From Lepidodermella squamata (Eukaryota; Animalia; Gastrotricha), in assembly GCA_047495785.1 (NCBI GenBank), contig JBLDXI010000024.1, forward strand, positions 3,658,001-3,722,000: a stretch of DNA of 64,000 nucleotides, given 5' to 3'. The translations under genes and the position numbers were made by a program. The notes under the pieces are model-generated. The model made no database searches. It was not told the origin of the DNA and saw only the letters and a program-made list of their open reading frames with translations. Shown in pieces: positions 62,700 to 64,000 of this stretch (position 1 is its first letter; each line of letters begins with the position of its first letter).

Positions 62700-63095
62700 A
62701 ACCTTAGCGAACCATAGCTAACTCGGTCCAAAAGTTTGTGTCACTCGATATTGTTCATGTGTTAGACTCAACACATCTAATGAGATAGGCCACAAGATGG
62801 TCGACCATACCCAGACCTGGTCGGCTGGGGGTGGTCGGCCAACTTCCATTTTCAGGCCAAAAATGGAAGTTGGCCGACCACATTTAGCTTACAATTTATT
62901 AAAACTTCAGCGAACCATAGTAAAACGGGGCCAATTGTTTGTGTCACTCGATATTCCTCATATACAAGTCCTGACACATTTAATGGTATCAAGTATAGAT
63001 TGGTCGGCCACACCCAGACCTGGTCGGCTGAAGTTGGTCGGCTAACTTCCATTTTCAGGGCCAAAATGGAAGTTAGCCGACCAATTTTAGCCGAC
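62700..63095. repeat. Two tandem ~203-bp units, each containing a perfect 21-22 bp hairpin
   Basis: agcgaaccatag at ~62706 and 62909; tttgtgtcactcgatatt twice; hairpins at 62832-62880 and 63034-63084. Confidence 0.88.
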
Positions 63096-63280
63096 AGCTG
63101 TGTCAATGAATTCTTTGGATGTGTCAAGTCACCACCTTTCAGAAAATATATTGTGTCAGGGTTGAATTGGGATAAGATCCACTAAACATTTATTCGATTA
63201 TAACTCCTCGGCAACGTATTTCACACTCTTCCAACGACGCTATATAATCACAATCGACACTTGTGGACACTTTTGGAAAA

Positions 63281-64000
63281 TTATTTTTTCATTGATACGA
63301 CCGGCTCGTAGTGATTTCCACTAAGACGCAGGTAGATGGAGCGGCCATCGTTAGCTGCCGATGCAGCGGATATACCATCAAGCCAGTTGGGCTGGCTCGA
63401 GGGACCAAGGCGCTTCCACGCCCACAGTTCGTTGGAAGTGGAGGCAGCGGTTTCATTGCCATAGATAAATATTGGCACCGCGAAAATGTCGGAGATGGCC
63501 TGGAGCTCAATGTACCGGCCGTACGTTGTCGGAAGCCGCATCTCCTTCTGCTCCACCCATAGACCGCCGTTGTTGGCATATTTAGGCTTAAGTAGGGGCG
63601 AACCTTCGCGAACAACGTGGTCGCAAACAAAGTTACGAAGCTGGAAAAAATTGAAACTCTATAAAAGGAGAAGCATGTGAAACAAAATACCAATATGTTG
63701 AAGTAGCGGTCTTTGAACGGATCACAGCCGAACAAGAAGAAGGCAACCGCCTGAAAAAGGCAAGAGCCTGTGGCCTGGGTTTGCAGGAAACGGACAGGTT
63801 CCTGAAGAATAGGGTGACTGGTCGGCTCCATTTTCTCGAGGTCAGCGTTGATAGTAATTTTTCGCTTGACCGCCATCAGCTTTACCGCGAGTTCCTGCAG
63901 CAACCGACCGGCTGGCCAAAAGGTGAAGCATGCGCGAAGAGTGTAGTCGCTTCTCGTCGGAGAAATCGGAGATACCACCCGCATTGATTTTGCAGTCTTC
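63281..64000 (-). CDS. 3' part of an OTU-domain cysteine protease/deubiquitinase gene (intron ~63643-63690); 5' end may lie outside the window
   Basis: ATGSCLFQAVA..L|LR..V..YG..IELQAISD.F..PI.IY..IYL..GNHYE, with catalytic Cys and His present. Confidence 0.8.

Overview
Gene-dense eukaryotic window from an invertebrate animal, with many ~45-55 nt introns and T-rich YAG acceptors; the taxon cannot be fixed from sequence alone. From left to right: (1) a minus-strand cluster of KNL2/Mis18BP1-like SANTA-domain genes whose C-termini carry 3 to at least 5 Myb repeats, several resembling the TRF/telobox type; (2) a Patched-related RND protein; (3) a nuclear receptor with two DNA-binding domains; (4) two secreted Cys-rich/chitin-binding-like paralogs and a Vps62-like gene; (5) an FBXL4-like F-box/LRR gene tightly coupled to an RBR ligase with three RING1 copies; (6) a secreted VWA-like protein; (7) two near-identical secreted basic peptide genes flanking an Hsp20 that has four perfect heat-shock elements; (8) a truncated PMCA-like fragment; (9) a complete 7.76 kb Mutator-like transposon with 174-bp TIRs, an 8-bp TSD, an intact intron-rich transposase and an unknown accessory gene; (10) IFT70 and IFT122 in an operon-like arrangement, with a tRNA-Val, MITEs and transposon remnants in IFT122 introns; (11) a secreted protein with three EGF repeats, a covarying hairpin repeat and a partial OTU gene. 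Gene models were assembled by eye and family calls rest on recognised motifs; no database searches were run.
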